DNA from: Marsupella aquatica
Taxonomy: Eukaryota; Plantae; Marchantiophyta
DNA length: 64,000 nt
Assembly (NCBI GenBank): GCA_973895155.1
Contig: OZ316899.1
Span: 14,511,934-14,575,933, forward strand
Reading direction: 5' to 3'
Part shown: in pieces, positions 33,742 to 47,193 of the stretch
Position numbering within the stretch: the stretch's first letter is position 1
Layout of the letters: each line of letters opens with the position of its first letter
The notes under the pieces: model-generated
Seen by the model: only the letters and a program-made list of their open reading frames with translations
Databases searched by the model: none
Told to the model about the DNA's origin: nothing
Made by a program: the position numbers and the translations under genes

Positions 33742-35131
33742 TGTCGTATAGTGCTAAGTATCAAAAGTGACTCTCCTCACCTAAAACCAGGGTTTCGATC
33801 CCTTTAAGAACAGATTTCAGAATGAATTGTATAACTTTTATCACTCCGAGTGATTTAGAGTCTTGAGCTCTATGTTGACTTCACTTCTCAATAAAAAAAT
33901 CGAATAAACAAACAACAAAGTAACTGAACTTCTGATTTATGAATTAGAGAAGAAATGAGTAAGGATTTAGAGACTACAAACTGCTACTGCCACTCCTTCA
34001 GAAAGGATTTGGGCTCAGTATAGACATGAAATCTATCTCATAATTCATCCATCTCACTCTTCAAAACACAAAGGTTAATGATAATGGAATTCTCAATCTG
34101 ATGAAGCAGAAGCTTTCTGATTGCAAATGAATGATATGATTTAAAATGCCGTCAACATGGTTTGACATCAGCGATACGCAATTCAGTCAAACTCTAAACC
34201 ATATTCCAGAATCAAAGCAACAGTACTAACTACTCTGAGAATCAGAATTTACTTCTCATTTATCATTAACTATTCTTGAATTGGCTAGCGAATCCCGACT
34301 CTGCAAGCAAGCCTAGCAGTGAATTCAATACGAGTTTCAGAAATCTGCAACTGAATTCAATCACCACAGGAATCTCTTGAATTCAATCTTAACTTCAATC
34401 AATATAGCTTTACTTCCATACAAAACACTCACAGCATGCCTTGTTATAATGGAAGGAGGAGAAAACTATTCAGAAGACTCAATTCTGAATACAGTATTAA
34501 CTCTATTTCTCTCTACTTCAAATGAGCATTCTACTCTGTCTTATAAGTGCTGGAATCCTAAAATGGAGGAGGTAAGAACAGTCGTGCCTTTCCAAGCTTA
34601 AAACTAAACAAGGGAGAAGCACAGCATAAGTACTTCAACAAGGGTGGTAGAATACTACTTTACTAGTAATCTACTTCAAAAACTAAGTGTTGAGCGGACG
34701 CTGCTAGAAGCGTCGGGAGAATCTGGACGCTGCTAGAAGCGTCTTAAGTAAAACCAACGGACGCTGCTCACACTGCTCACAGCGTCAATACTAGGGTGGA
34801 CGCTGCTCACAGCGTCGTGTGTTGAAGCTGACGCTTTCCACAGCGTCGGTCGAAATCCTCATAGAGTCTTGGTGGCGGTCGGGCACTGCCAAAAGCGTCA
34901 TGAGGAGGTTGGACGCTTCCGCAGCGTCTTGAGTAAAAGAAACGGGCGCTGGTCACAGCGTCGGGCAAAGTACACTAGGAATCGTCAGGAAAGCCGGAGA
35001 TGTCAAATATTTCTATAAGTGTCCAGAACAAGTAAATGTTGGCCGGAAGGTGTCTAAAGTGTAAGTAAATCTTGTGATATGCTAAAAATAAACAAGTTTC
35101 CAGAAAAAATTGCAGGGACACCCATACCACA
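33742..35131 (-). repeat. 5' LTR of Gypsy C
   Basis: Direct repeat of 21584-22973; adjoins the PBS. Confidence 0.98.
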
Positions 35132-36859
35132 GGCTTGCTGACAAAATTTCAAACTCCATGTCACAAGCTAGATACCATGATAGAATGAAGATCAGGTCTC
35201 ACCTTAGAGATTTGGAGGAGTATAGGAATTTGCAGAGGCCGCTGCAATTCTCAGAAGATATCTGGCAGGCCTTCTACCAGACAGAGGTGAAGTTGAAAGC
35301 AGCCAGGCTCCTCAATGATTTCACAGAGAAGTTGGCAAAGGCTCGAAGGGCAAAGGAGGCTGGGAAGTCTGACCGGGACCTGAAGGTGATGGAGCAGAAG
35401 GTAGCCCAGCTCCAGCAGGTTGTAGCAGAAGTAGGCGATCCACCCAACAAGTTCCTGAAGGCAGCTGAGCGAGTCCGAGACAAGCCCAACATCACCCACA
35501 GGCTGGGTCAAGGTGGCCTCCCCGGCCTCAAAGCAGCATTCGTGAGTGCACCTCCCTCTCCTCCCTTGACTTCTTGCTACTCCAATTCCTATTCCAACAC
35601 ACCTGCAATGAGCCAACTCTTTCTTGCATTTCCACCAAGTAGTTACAATTAGACTTGTTGTGTCAGATTAGGTCACGTACAGTTGCTTCCCTCTCGGGTT
35701 TTTGCCATGACAGAGTTTGCGATACATTTGCGATGCGGGTAGCTTCGCAAACCTTATTATGCCCTTTTTTTGCTTACGTTTGCGAAGGCGTTGCGAAGAC
35801 GTTCGCATCGCAACCAGCTTCGCAAACGTAATTGTCCTTATGATTGCGAAGCTGGCGCCTTCGCAAAATTTCAAAAATTTGAATTTTTAAATTTTCCGAT
35901 CGTTTAAGTGTTCTTTGAGGGTCTTCCCCATATATGCCACCCTCCATAACCCCAAAACCTTGATGCACCACCCCACCAGCCCCAACAAACCCCCTAATTT
36001 TTAGAAGCCATGTGAATCGGGTTATGGGTTGGTGTTAACCCAATTGTGCTGGTTTTGTTTTGGCTTAGTACAAGAGGTACAAGAGGAAGATTACGGCGGC
36101 TGAGATGGAGGTGGGCCAGAAACATGGGAAGGAGCATCTCTTTCAGCAAGTTGATGAATTATTGGTGAGAATTTTTAGGTTATTACATTCATTGCAATTT
36201 TGAATGAATATCTCTTTTGTTCACACTTGTAAAGAATATGAGACTAACAGACACCCTGGTTTGCTAATGGAAGCAGGGAGGGGAGGATGGTGACTCCCAT
36301 ACCGAGGGTGGCACCGATAGTAGTGATGAGGATGTGGAGGGGACAGGGGAGGGGAGCACAGCTCCTGCTACTCAAGCCAGGCCAACTAGCACTGGAGACC
36401 AGTCATTTGCATCAACACGTTCCAGTGGTGCTGGGGGTGGTAGCGCGGCAAGCCAGGGCGGTGGAGGTGGGGATGAGGATGAGGATGAGGATGAGGAGGA
36501 GGGTGACCAAGAGGAGGAGGAAGTCCAGGTTGCACCCCCCCAAGAGCACACAAGGGCAAGGAGAAGGCCAAGGGGAAGAAGGCAAGGAGGGGCAGGAACA
36601 CTCCTTTCTAGCTCGATGTAGACAGGTTGTAGCTAGAGCACTTACATTGAGTTCACATGTATAGCGATCAGCATGCATGGCCGTGGCACTTTACCTAAGG
36701 GTTTTTACCCTTCCATTTTGTAACTTTTGTACTTTTTCAGTAATGCCATTTTAATTGCGACAGACTGGGTCAACATCACTTTCCTCCCTCCTTCAAAACC
36801 CATGAATGGTCTCCCTCACCCTCATCCTAACCCAAATACACAAAAACCCATGAAATATA

Positions 36860-37380
36860 CATTTTGCGAAGCTTTTGAGAACCAACCCCCATCTCAAAGA
36901 GCCACGGTGAACGTATCGCAACCATTCCGAGGAGAAACGCATCGCAACACTTGCGATGTTGTCTAAATCACAACCCTAGCGAAGACTTCCTCTCCACACG
37001 TTTGCGAGTTAAATGCCTTCGCAACAAAGCGGTCATCCGCTTCTCGCAATCTTACGAGTTTGTTTGCATCGCAAGTTATAGAGAAATTTAACATCGGAAA
37101 TTGTGATATAAATGTTATCACAACGCGAGCGATTCATTTGTTCTCGCAAAATAATGAAATGTGTCGTTTCTCAATATTTGCAAGGACAGTGCCGTCGCAA
37201 CGTTGCGGAGATGTTGCGACGTATTTAGAATCGCAAGTTGCGAAGTAGTTGCGAAGGGCCGTTTGCGAAGAATTTGAGATGGGAAGTAGCGAAGACGTTG
37301 CGATGCGAGTAAGTTCGCAAATTGGGTATTTCGGATTTTGTTTCCTTTGTATGATGCGAAGGGTGGTGGTTCGCAAAAGA
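36860..37380. repeat. Right subterminal repeat array of the CACTA
   Basis: Same TTGCGA/TCGCAA motif as 13000-13530. Confidence 0.85.
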
Positions 37381-37604
37381 GGTGCATAGTGTTGTAGTGA
37401 CTCCGCCGCCACCACCGTACCGCGGATGATCATAATAACACGCACCATAACTCCTAATTATTAAGTCAGCTATCCTATTTCTAGTCTATTCATAATTGCA
37501 AAGACTGCTCTATGCACTATTCTAGTATGCGGCTACGGTCCTAATGACCATATACGTCCTAATCTGTTATTTGTGTCATGTCTAGTGACATGCTGTCCGT
37601 GTCA

Positions 37605-40305
37605 CAATAACAATGGGTGACACCCACTCACTATGGTTCACTGGATAGATGAAGCCTGCCTCCAATAAGTTGTCCAACTCTTCCTTCACCTTCAAAGAGT
37701 ACTTTGGATTGAGCCTCTATTGCCTTTGCCTGATAGGTATTGCATTCTCTTTTAGATCTATCATGTGCTCTCCATATTGAGGTGCAATCCCTGTTAAGTC
37801 ATGGTGAGACCAGGCAAAAACATCCTTAAATTCTAGCAAGAGCTCCTTGTAAGCTTCCATCTCCACATCTTGGATGGTTCTCCTTAGATAGAACTCCATC
37901 TCAGGTGTGAGACTCATCTTCTCATATTGAACTGGCCTAATAGCAAGGGAAAGACTCTTTTTTCTCCCTCTTAAAAGTCTCATGGTAGTTCTCCATACCT
38001 GGGCCTTCCTTCAATTGCTGTTGCACCCATTCACTAGTGAATGGCACATCAAGTTCTCCCAATGCATGCTCATTCTTGTTTTTAGTCTCTCCAACATCAT
38101 TAGTATTTTCTTGCTGGTTCTCCAAAGGCAAGGGTAAAGGTGTAACCTCTTTCTCTTCTTCATCTTCCTTGACCTGTACAAGCTCCTCCTCAGGCTGGTT
38201 GAAACCAAACTCCTCCTCAGTGGCTGTCTTTAATGTATTCACCACCATCCAACAATCTGACTCCTGGCCTTCTTCATCAGCTCCATCACTCTCAATTGTG
38301 TAGCCCATAGAAGTGGCTGTTGTCTCTCCTTGATATGCTGGCAGCCCCCACGGAATTTGACTGAACCAATTTTGAACTCCTTGTTCTTCCAGTCCTCCAA
38401 GACTCCAACCTTGTACAACCAAGGCCTCCCCAACAGAACCTGGAATGTAGCTGGGATGGGCAACCTGATCACAACAAAATTCAGCTTGCACTCCAACTCT
38501 CCTATCCTAGTGACAACTTGGGATAGCTTACCCACCGGTACTACCTCTTCCTGGTTAGCCATCCTTAGTATCTTGGGGGTAGGCTCAAATGTTGTGTAGC
38601 CTAGGTCCGCAGCAGTCTGCTCCATCATGACATTCACACCTGACCCTCCATCAACTGGTACCCTTATGACCATGCAACCTTCAATCTCAATATCAATCTC
38701 AGGTGCTTCACAGTCCTCCACTTCAGTGTATCTCACCTCTGAAATGATTGGTGGCAGCCTCTTCTTCCTTGTAGTCTTCATAGCATCCAACACTTGCTTC
38801 CGGTACTTTGGGTTGTCTTTCAACAACTGCCCAATGACTTCAGCTAGCCTCTTCTCAATGTCTTGCATGATGTTATAGTGTAACTCCCTTCTGGCTGTAG
38901 GTGATGAGGAAGGTCTCACCACCACAGTAGTTCTCTTGGTGCTAGTCTCACCCTCCTTGGCATGTAGCTCCTCCAGGTGTGCTAGCACTTCCTCTGTGAC
39001 ATCGAGCAGCTCAAAAGTTGGTGCTTCCTTCTCCTCTTCACCATCAAATTTCTCTTCTTCAACCGCTGGTGCCTTGCCCTTTCCTCATAGTGTTTTGTCC
39101 TGGTAGACACCTTCCACAAATTCTCTTCTTCAACATCTTGGATCCACCTCACATTTGAAATGGTGGCTTCCTCTCTTTGCTGCTCTACTGCTGTAGGGTT
39201 GGAGTAATTCAAGGTGGTCTGCTCCCTTGGTAGAATGGGGACATAGCGGGGTTGTGCTCTCTGTTGTACTGGCTTGGGGCACCTAGAGGCCTTGTGTCCT
39301 TCCCTGCAATTTCCACATAGGAAAATGTACTCTCCCTATATCCTCCAATGGGGGCACTCAGGTGAAATATGACCAGCCTCTCCACACTCCCAACAAGTAC
39401 CAGGTATTTTAGGCATTGGATAGCCAGTCCTAGCTCTCATCTCCGCACGCATAGTTCCTTGTTGAATGGCATAAAGAGACTCCATCTCCTAAGTTCAACC
39501 TCTTGTGGACTCATCTCAGCCTCCTGAATCATCCTCCAATCAGCTTGGCATTCTTGAGAGAAGTGACCTTCTTTCTTGCAACGGGTACACCATACATTGG
39601 TGCGAGCCATAGGTACAAGTTTCCTATTCTTCTTGATGTCGGCCATCTGCACCTTCACCTCTTCAATGGCTGCCCTCAAGGTCTGCATCTCATCCTTCAC
39701 CACCTTGGCGAGGGGTGTCTCCTTAGCTGGCCGAGGCTTAGGCTTCTCCTCTATTGAATAGTCATCACTATCCTCTGAATCCTCCTCAAATTTCACCTTC
39801 TTCTTTAGCTTCTTATCTGCCCAGCGGCCAGACAGTAGTGCTGACTTCTCATACATCTTGGCTACATTAACAACAGCCGCCAAGGTTTGAGGATCTGCCT
39901 TCCTTACCTCAAAATCAAGTAACTCTGGTAGGCCAGAGATGAACCACTCCAACTGAAGGTTAGATGCCGGTGCAGTGGATAACTTCCCAATCAGCTGTTG
40001 GACCCGTTGGGTGTAGCTCCTCAAGGAATCAGTTGGCTTCATCTTGATAGAGTTCAGTCAGGACATCACTCTAGAATCAGCTCCAATCTCCCTGAACTCT
40101 TCCTCAAATGCTGACTTTAGCCTTGGCCAATTAGCTTTCACTCCAGGTGTCAAAGCATTGTACCACCTCATAGCTTCACCATTGATCAATCCACGAAATA
40201 GCCTCTTGGTAGTGGGTTCATCTCCCTCATCATTGGTTGCCAAATATTTTTCCATCCAATCATCCACATCTTGACTACCATCTCCTCTGAATCTAGTGTA
40301 CTTGA
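37605..40305 (-). pseudogene. Decayed gag-protease-start of RT of Gypsy A, related to C
   Basis: NVWCTRCKKEGH knuckle, IEGCMVIRVPVDGGSGVN, LLGRPWLYK, FKDVFAWSHHDLTGI, PIRQRQ, EWVSPIVI; several frameshifts and stops. Confidence 0.93.
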
Positions 40306-40532
40306 TTCAAAAGGAGGGAGGTATCTTGACTGGAATTACCTGGGCGGGAGTGATCTGAACTGGTACCGCAACTACAGTCGGTGCAGGTCTGGTCCTCTTC
40401 ACCAAAGCGTCCCTCGGTGAAGCTCTCCCTTCCTCCTCCTGATCTGCAACAATCTTTTTTACACTCCTTGTTGAATATCTTTGCTATTGTTCACTCATCC
40501 AGGTCTTCCACTTTTGGTCTTCAAGCCACAAC

Positions 40533-40550
40533 TCCCCGACAGTGGTGCCA
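40533..40550 (-). other. Decayed tRNA-Asp-type PBS of Gypsy A
   Basis: TGGCACCACTGTCGGGGA, three transitions away from the PBS of C. Confidence 0.75.
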
Positions 40551-40553
40551 AAA

Positions 40554-43500
40554 TGTCGTGAAGGGTAACTCACGGGTAGCACATAACCCAAGCAAAGATA
40601 TTGCTATCTCTACCAGTTCATTCCCATGGAAGAGCTTAGGGTAGGACCGCAAGCGGAGGACAGATGGAAATACTCTTTAGAACCAACAAAACCCCACCTC
40701 TATCTTCCAAGAGGCTAGAGAGTTTTCTCCACTTCAAAACAATAGACTACAATGACAAAATAACCTAACTCTCCACAAGGACTCCCTTCCTATGAGAGTG
40801 CAACTTTTACTAATATGCTTCAAGTAGGGTAGCCAGGGAAAACCTACAAGCAAGCCCCTACTAAAAGCTCACAACTAGAGGCACCAAGGTTTCATAAGGA
40901 ACCGCCAATATGATGCCAAGATGTACTGCCTGGACCAAGGAGAACCTGAAGTCACACCACAACTTTTAGTTGATCTTATGTTTCGACAACAAACCAACAA
41001 ATCACTGAGAAAAACCCTATTGGATACCCCATAAGTTATGTCGTTGTTATGCTGCTATTCTTACCATCAATTGGTTTGTAGAATGGAACTAGGGGATGAG
41101 CCCATAGGTCTCAACTACAACACAATCTCAAGCATAAGACTTTAGCAGCTTCCCTAGTCAAAAATCACCTCCCAACTCTAGAAATTAGAGTGTCACTCCC
41201 AAGGGTAACTCTGGCCAATGGGACACCAAAGATGAATAGCAACACACCACAAAAAGCATATCAAACATCCAAGAAATCAATCAGCTTGAGCACAAGGTAA
41301 CATCTAGGTACTCAATCTCTCTAAAGCTCAGTTCTCGTGCCAACTACATAATTGAAATCATAGCAAAGAAGGATGTAAGAAGAAGAGACTTTATGTAACA
41401 TCATAAATTTCCTGGTACAAATGGAACCTTTGTCCAAGGTCCTTCTCCTCACTTCTCTACAAGTATCCAACTCTGGGATCAATGCTTGCTGATCTTAGTT
41501 TCCACTCCATGCGGGTAAAGTTTCTTCTAAGCAACAAGGCATCTGTCCCCAACACAAGAAACTACAATCCTTAAATACTTTTCAGCCACTCCAATCCACT
41601 CTAATCCAAACCTCACCATGGGATGAGTGCTTCCCTCTCAATGTAGCTCATAATCAAGCCTCTAACCTCCATTCAAACTCTGGTCCACTGATTCAAATCA
41701 ATTGTCCACTACAATCCAATTGATGATTGCCTTTGGTCTATTGCTGTACATCAGCTGCAAAAATTCCATCCCCTTCATCCTCCAATGATTAACAGTAGCT
41801 CACTTTCTTTCATAATCAATCAGCATAATTCACCTTGAAGGTATCCTTTGCATAAGAGAAGTTTTCCTCCACCATAACACTCTCCACGTGCTTCAAGAAC
41901 GTCAAACAAACTCGCAGCAATTCGCACAAAAAAATCACCAACTTACTCCCTTTTGGCATCTGATTTTTCTCTCACCAATCATACCTTGTCTGGTGCTCAT
42001 ATTTTGCCAAAAGGTGAGTCTACTTCCCTTCTACCTTCACACAAAATTTCAGCCAATTTGGTTGATGAAATGGGGCTCTAAAAAATATTTACCGTTGCTA
42101 ATTTTCTCTATTCATCATTTATGCGATTTTCAATTTCGGCGACTTGCGATTGAAACTCCCAACTCCATTTTGACCTTCCTTTCCAACCTCCCACCTTCTT
42201 CCTCATGTGCTTCACAATCTCAACTAATCACAATTACCATCTTTAATTTCCACTAATCAATGGACCATAGTCGCATTCGTGTGATTGAATGTGTGAAATC
42301 CAATTTGCAGCAAAAGATAATGAGTTGTATACCCCCTCTAGTATCTGATTTTTTTCTCACCAACCACACCTCGGTTGGTACTCATATTTTCCAAAATGTG
42401 CACCTACTTTTCTTCTACCTTCACACAAAATTTCAGCCAATTTGGTCAAGCGAATGTGGCTCCAGAAAATATTTGATGGTTCTGAGTTTTCCTACCATTC
42501 TTTTTCCTCAAATTTCAACTTCGATGACTTGTAATTTGACATTATCTCTCCAATTCAACTTGTCTTTCCAGATCACGATTGCTTCACTTTGTTGCCTACA
42601 GTTGATGACCACCTAATCTACCATATTTCATCAAACAATTGTTGATGGAGTCTTCATTCCTACCTAATTCCATGCCTCAATCAAGTTGATCATCGGCTAA
42701 ATAATTTTCTAAATTTTCTTTACTCCTTTGATTACCCTCTTTCTTTTCTTTCCTCCTTTTGAATACCCTCTATGTTTTTAGAGTATCCCAAAATAATAAA
42801 ATACCTTGGGCAATTTTAGATTACCCTAGGTGCCACTTCCCGTGTGTATATGATTACCCTCGTCCACATTAGAGTACCCTAGTTGATTTTAGAGTACTTT
42901 CCTCGACTTTAGCTTACCCTATCCAAATTTTAGATTACCCCGGTCATCTATTTTTTGACTATATTTGATTACCCCCTTTTCACTTAGGAGTACCCTCCTA
43001 GTCAACACGCAACAAAATGGTTAAACAGCTTAGCGGCGTAGCAGTTCCGTGGCAGAACTATTAGACACCTATTCTTTATGATTTTTTAAAAATCTAACTT
43101 GAACTCCATTTGTGCTGAATTTTGCCAATACCTTCAGACTTTTTGGACTAATCTAAGTCTACCAATAAAATACTGGAAGATGTCAATATAATATAAAGTC
43201 ACAAAAAATAGAAAATTCTTCTAAGTGTTAAAGAGCCAAAGTGTTAACTCGTGAGATGATAATGGTCCTAACTTCCTAACGTGTCCGTTTTGCCTGAAAT
43301 TTTTAGGTTAGATTTCTCTATCTAAAACTCTATCTACTCACTAAAAAATCAGAGTTTTTCATGACCTACAAAGATTTGATTAAAATGTCGCAGAAGGCTA
43401 CTCTACCTTAAAACTATCAATATTAACTTCTCATTCAATCTTCTAGGTTCAAAGTTGACCAAGGCTAAAGCTTTCAACTACACTAAAATTACACACAATT

Positions 43501-43554
43501 AGGTAACTATAAGTCTTAATAAGCTCAAAAGTTAACTAACAGCCCTGTGTGACA
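40554..43554 (-). repeat. 5' LTR (~3.0 kb) of Gypsy A
   Basis: TGTCG next to the PBS and TGACA at the junction with the Sola2-like sequence; internal ~380-bp duplication (about 41940-42620) and TACCCT array (42730-43000). Partner LTR not in the window. Confidence 0.7.
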
Positions 43555-43559
43555 TCTTT

Positions 43560-44529
43560 AAGGGGGTGCACAATAATATTGCAACTTATAGCAACACCTT
43601 ATTCCGTGCCATGAAACGTGTAAATACCACTTCATTCGTGCACCAAATCTTTTGTAGTATCTCGATACATAATAAAATGGTCTGCAAGCCTTGAACTGTG
43701 AAGCAACCCCATCTGACCAGACCCAATGTTGCTCAAACTGAATTCCTTCCTCCCTCATCCACTGGTTATGAGCATCCATGCAATGTTGGACGAAGAGAGT
43801 GTCGTGACAATTGTCATCACTGATATAAAAATGATAATCTGCAATAATGTCTCGACCACCCTCCTCATCCAATGCCATCCAAACCGTACTTCCAACAACA
43901 ACCTCCAAAGATTCCACACAATCTTCTCTATGTCTATAGGTGACATGAATCAACAAAGTGACCTGTCTATTATCCCAAAGTTGACTCCGTATCTCATTTT
44001 GGATTTTGAACGTGTAATTTTCAGAGAAATCAATAGATGACACTATAGTTCCTCTAGAAAAAGTTTTCAAACAAAGTTTGAATTGTTCTGATTGCCACTG
44101 TAACGTGCTTTGAAATTATGCACAATGAATGTTGTCATTGTATTTAAAACCTGACTCTTGAATTCACCCATTGAAGTTCTCTTAAACACCATTCTCAACC
44201 GTTTTGACCTTTTTGTAGCACTCTCATCTGGTCCTTTTTCCTTCTCTCTCTTTTGCTGGGCTTTCTTGTCTAACTCCAAATACTGAAATGTCTTCCACTC
44301 AATACATTGCTTGTCAATTGGACTAACTCAGATGTACACCAATCCAACTTGTTGATACCACAATTCTTACAGGAACCCATGATACATTTCTTTCAATGCC
44401 ATTGCTTGCCCCCAGCTGTTGGACAAAGAGCTCCCTCTATCCAGCCCCGGACACATGTTATTGTTGTCCTAGAAGCTACACAACTCTGCAAAGGAGCATC
44501 GACTAATGTGCAAATGGGGCAATCACAAG
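43560..44529 (-). pseudogene. Sola2-like DDD transposase, central part
   Basis: CDCPIC, LCP...C..GSCKNCG, IDFSENY, QNEI, SDD..HD, WSDG..SQFK, W...HG. Assignment to Sola2 is from recalled motifs. Confidence 0.7.
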
Positions 44530-45129
44530 CTTGGGGGGGTCACTTCCACGGAAGTGCCACATCACGTGCGACGAAGTATAGGGCCATTTAATTGGGTTCA
44601 GCGGAAGACTTCCAAAGTTTGGTGGAAGAACAAAAGGGTCCGTTTTAATTGTTGGGATGCTTTAAAGAACAATAGGCATTTTTTATATGGGACATATTCC
44701 ACGGAAGGTGTCCAGGAAAGTTAGGGAATTTATTGCCATATGTTCATGCGACACGCGTCATGTTTAGGTTGGACCACGTGTCTCCTTGTAATTGCAACAC
44801 GTGGTTTAGGTGGTACATATGATTTTTTGCTGCAACATGAATGTTTCAATTTTTGCCCTATTGTAACCAAACTTTTGTCCAAAAACTACATTGTGAAGGA
44901 TTTCAGTTTTTGATTTATTGGGACGGGGTCTAAAGTGGGTTAAGGGACCCTCGGGGGAACAATGATACCACTCGGGGTTTGCGAGGGCCGTCCATGTTTA
45001 GGGTTTAAGATCGAACGGTTAATAATGGCCCGGGTGGCGGCTTTAGAGATGGGGATTGTGGGCCCAAGGATGGGGGAGGACGCGCGAACATTGAGTTTCA
45101 AACTCAATGTTCACTTTCTTTGTGCAAAT

Positions 45130-46160
45130 TGGGAGGGCTGCGTTGCGCTGCCGTGACTCTCTTTGTGACAATCGAGAGGGCTGCGCTGCGCTACCCGTGA
45201 CATTGGAGGATCTTCAAGTTTAATTTCTTCGTGACAATCGGGACTGCGCTGCGCTGCCGTGACTTTGGAGGATCATTTGACTGCGCTGCGCTGCCGCGGC
45301 ATAGGAGAGGACCGAGGAGAGGATCGGGGTAGACTGAGTATTGCTGTTGCCACGAGTTCTGGTGCGAGTTTTTAGAGGAGGTACATTGTCGAGGCCGACT
45401 GTTACTTGGTTTGGATCAAGCTTGATAGAAACTGATCAGGTTTCCACCATAGCTTTTTGCTTGTTTCCCTGTGTACTGCTTCTTCTTATGTTTCTTTCTG
45501 ATATGTGTTAGGAGGACGACAACGCTATAGAGAAAGGTTGGCGGAAAGTAAGTGATGCTCCTAGCTTATGTGGCCCCTTGGAGGTTGCTCCTCTTGCAAA
45601 TGCTGCCGCACATTGATGTCAATTGCTATTTGTTTGCTAGCATTTCCTCTTTGTCTGTGATGTGGTCTTTTTGTTTCATTCAAGAGGAGCTCTAGTTGAC
45701 TGAGGAGGTCGGGAGGACTGTTGTTGGCGCGAGTTCAGAGGCTCTCCATGTTCTTTGTGAGAAATCAAAGGTTGATTGCTGTGCGCTGCTGCAAGCTGGA
45801 GCTGTAGTCAGCTGTGGAGGCCACGAGGACTGCTGCTGCCACGGTTTTAGAGGTCCGTCCATTCTCTTTAAGACAATTGGGAGGACTGCTGTTGCGGCAA
45901 GTTTGGAGGGCGGAAGGACTGTTGCTGTGCAAGTTTGGAGAGTAGGTAGACTGTGGAGGCGTGTGGAGGTCGACTGCTACTTGGTTTCAGACACTACTTT
46001 ACAGAGCTCGGATTGGCAGAAAGAAGGTGATACTCCGAGCTTCTATGTCCCCTTGGAGGTCGCTCCTATTGCAAATGTTGTCGCACATTGATGTTGCTAT
46101 TTTTTGCTAGCATTTCCTCTGTACCTGCGACATGGTCTTTCCTTTCATTGAAGAGGTCCG
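45130..46160 (+). repeat. Short repeats in the leader of the P-like element
   Basis: CTGCGCTGCGCTGCCGTGAC-like motif about 4 times (45135-45300); about 45550-45690 recurs at about 46025-46160. Confidence 0.65.
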
Positions 46161-47193
46161 GAGGGCGATGCTGGCTAGATGTCTGTTGTTGTTTGGTTCT
46201 TTAGTTGCGGGGTTGAGCTGCGTGATATTGCTTGCAGACAGACGCGGACCCAGAAGGGATGCTTGGTGAGGGCGGAAGATAGAAGGAAGTGTTTGATCTG
46301 CCAGGTTAGAATCTATCACTCCTGTGAGTTTGTAATTGGAAGTTTCCATACAAACAGAGTCTATGTTGTCACGGTCACAAGCCTATGTGCTTGCATTGCC
46401 TTGAAAAGAGCCACCCTGAAATCCAGCTTGTTCAGTTATAGAAGCTTCTAAAAAGTTGCGCATCTGATCCCCACTCGCATTGGCAAGATTGTCCATTTAG
46501 GGTGAACTCAGCAAGAGACATCGATGCTTTCTTGGTGAGTACTGCTTGGTTGGTGATCGGTGCTCGATCGTTGTTGTGATCGGTGCTTGGTGCTCGCCAT
46601 CCAAATCAGATCCAATCCAATCCTGCACTGACTGTGCTGTGAAGGTAAGAACATTGCTATTCATATAGCAACTCTTTTTGTGGGTTCCAAAGTGAATGAA
46701 ATTCTGCTAACTATGTTTACTTGCAGCTTGGCTTAGCAGAATGCACATAGTTAGCAAAAAACTGATAGTCTCTCAGGGGGGGTCTACTATCAGAGTTGGA
46801 ACATGTTAGTAGAAAACTGATAGTAGACAGACAGACCCTCGGACTATGAAAGAAAGCTTGTTTGTCAATGTGATAGAGAAGCTGGTTTTTTTACCTGCGC
46901 AGTTTATTTAACTTGGCATTTTTGTTTTTCAAAGCAGTTCTGGTGAGACTGTAAAGAGTGTCACAGTGAGAGAGTTTGCGGTCCTCATTCACTTTCATTG
47001 TACTAAGCTTTTGGTGTATGTTGAGACTATTGATGTTTTATTGAGATTTTTGTTGTGTGTGGGACTTGTGCAGGGGTTTTGTATTGAATTATCATAGAGC
47101 AGCAATTCTAGGCATTTGTTTGGAGGATTCAAGTAAGCTTCATTTTGTTGCAGATTAGCAGATGGTTTCTTATAGTTTATGGTTTAGTGTACC

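Larger units (their letters stand above)
21584..35131 (-). mobile_element. Gypsy C: full-length young non-chromovirus Ty3/Gypsy (Athila-like), 13,548 bp
   Basis: Two 1390-bp TG...CA LTRs (only 2 differences noticed by eye); TSD GGCTT (21579-21583, 35132-35136); tRNA-Asp PBS; gag-PR-RT-RH-INT order; no chromodomain or extra RNase H. Confidence 0.98.
20978..36621 (+). pseudogene. CACTA second gene (TnpA/ORF2-like, ~483 aa), disrupted by Gypsy C; coding blocks 20978-21583, 35137-35541, 36069-36164, 36277-36621
   Basis: DSQWL|ADKISN in frame across the excised retroelement; HRLGQGG motif typical of CACTA ORF2 proteins; two phase-0 GT-AG introns; acidic tail. Confidence 0.8.
12981..37399. mobile_element. 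CACTA (En/Spm) DNA transposon, about 10.9 kb without the nested Gypsy C
   Basis: CACTACTACA at 12981 and TGTTGTAGTG ending 37399; 3-bp TSD ACT (12978-12980, 37400-37402); subterminal TTTGCGA/TCGCAA arrays; TnpD-like and TnpA-like genes. Confidence 0.96.
12916..37604. mobile_element. Short LTR (~267 bp) of element B, split by the CACTA: 12916-12980 plus 37403-37604
   Basis: Ends TGTCATGAA...TCCGTGTCA (revcomp TGACACGGA; 8/9 match if CpG decay of TGTCACGGA is allowed); the right end truncates Gypsy A RT right after EWVSPIVI. Confidence 0.6.

Noticed and set aside
41888-42616. Two similar ~120-aa ORFs in the LTR of Gypsy A
   Set aside because: Similarity comes from a tandem DNA duplication; no recognisable protein features.
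1900-44985. 1.33-kb inverted repeats as terminal repeats of one giant element
   Set aside because: No shared TSD; the right copy is continuous with its Sola2-like and P-like context while the left copy has its own 20-bp flanking duplication.
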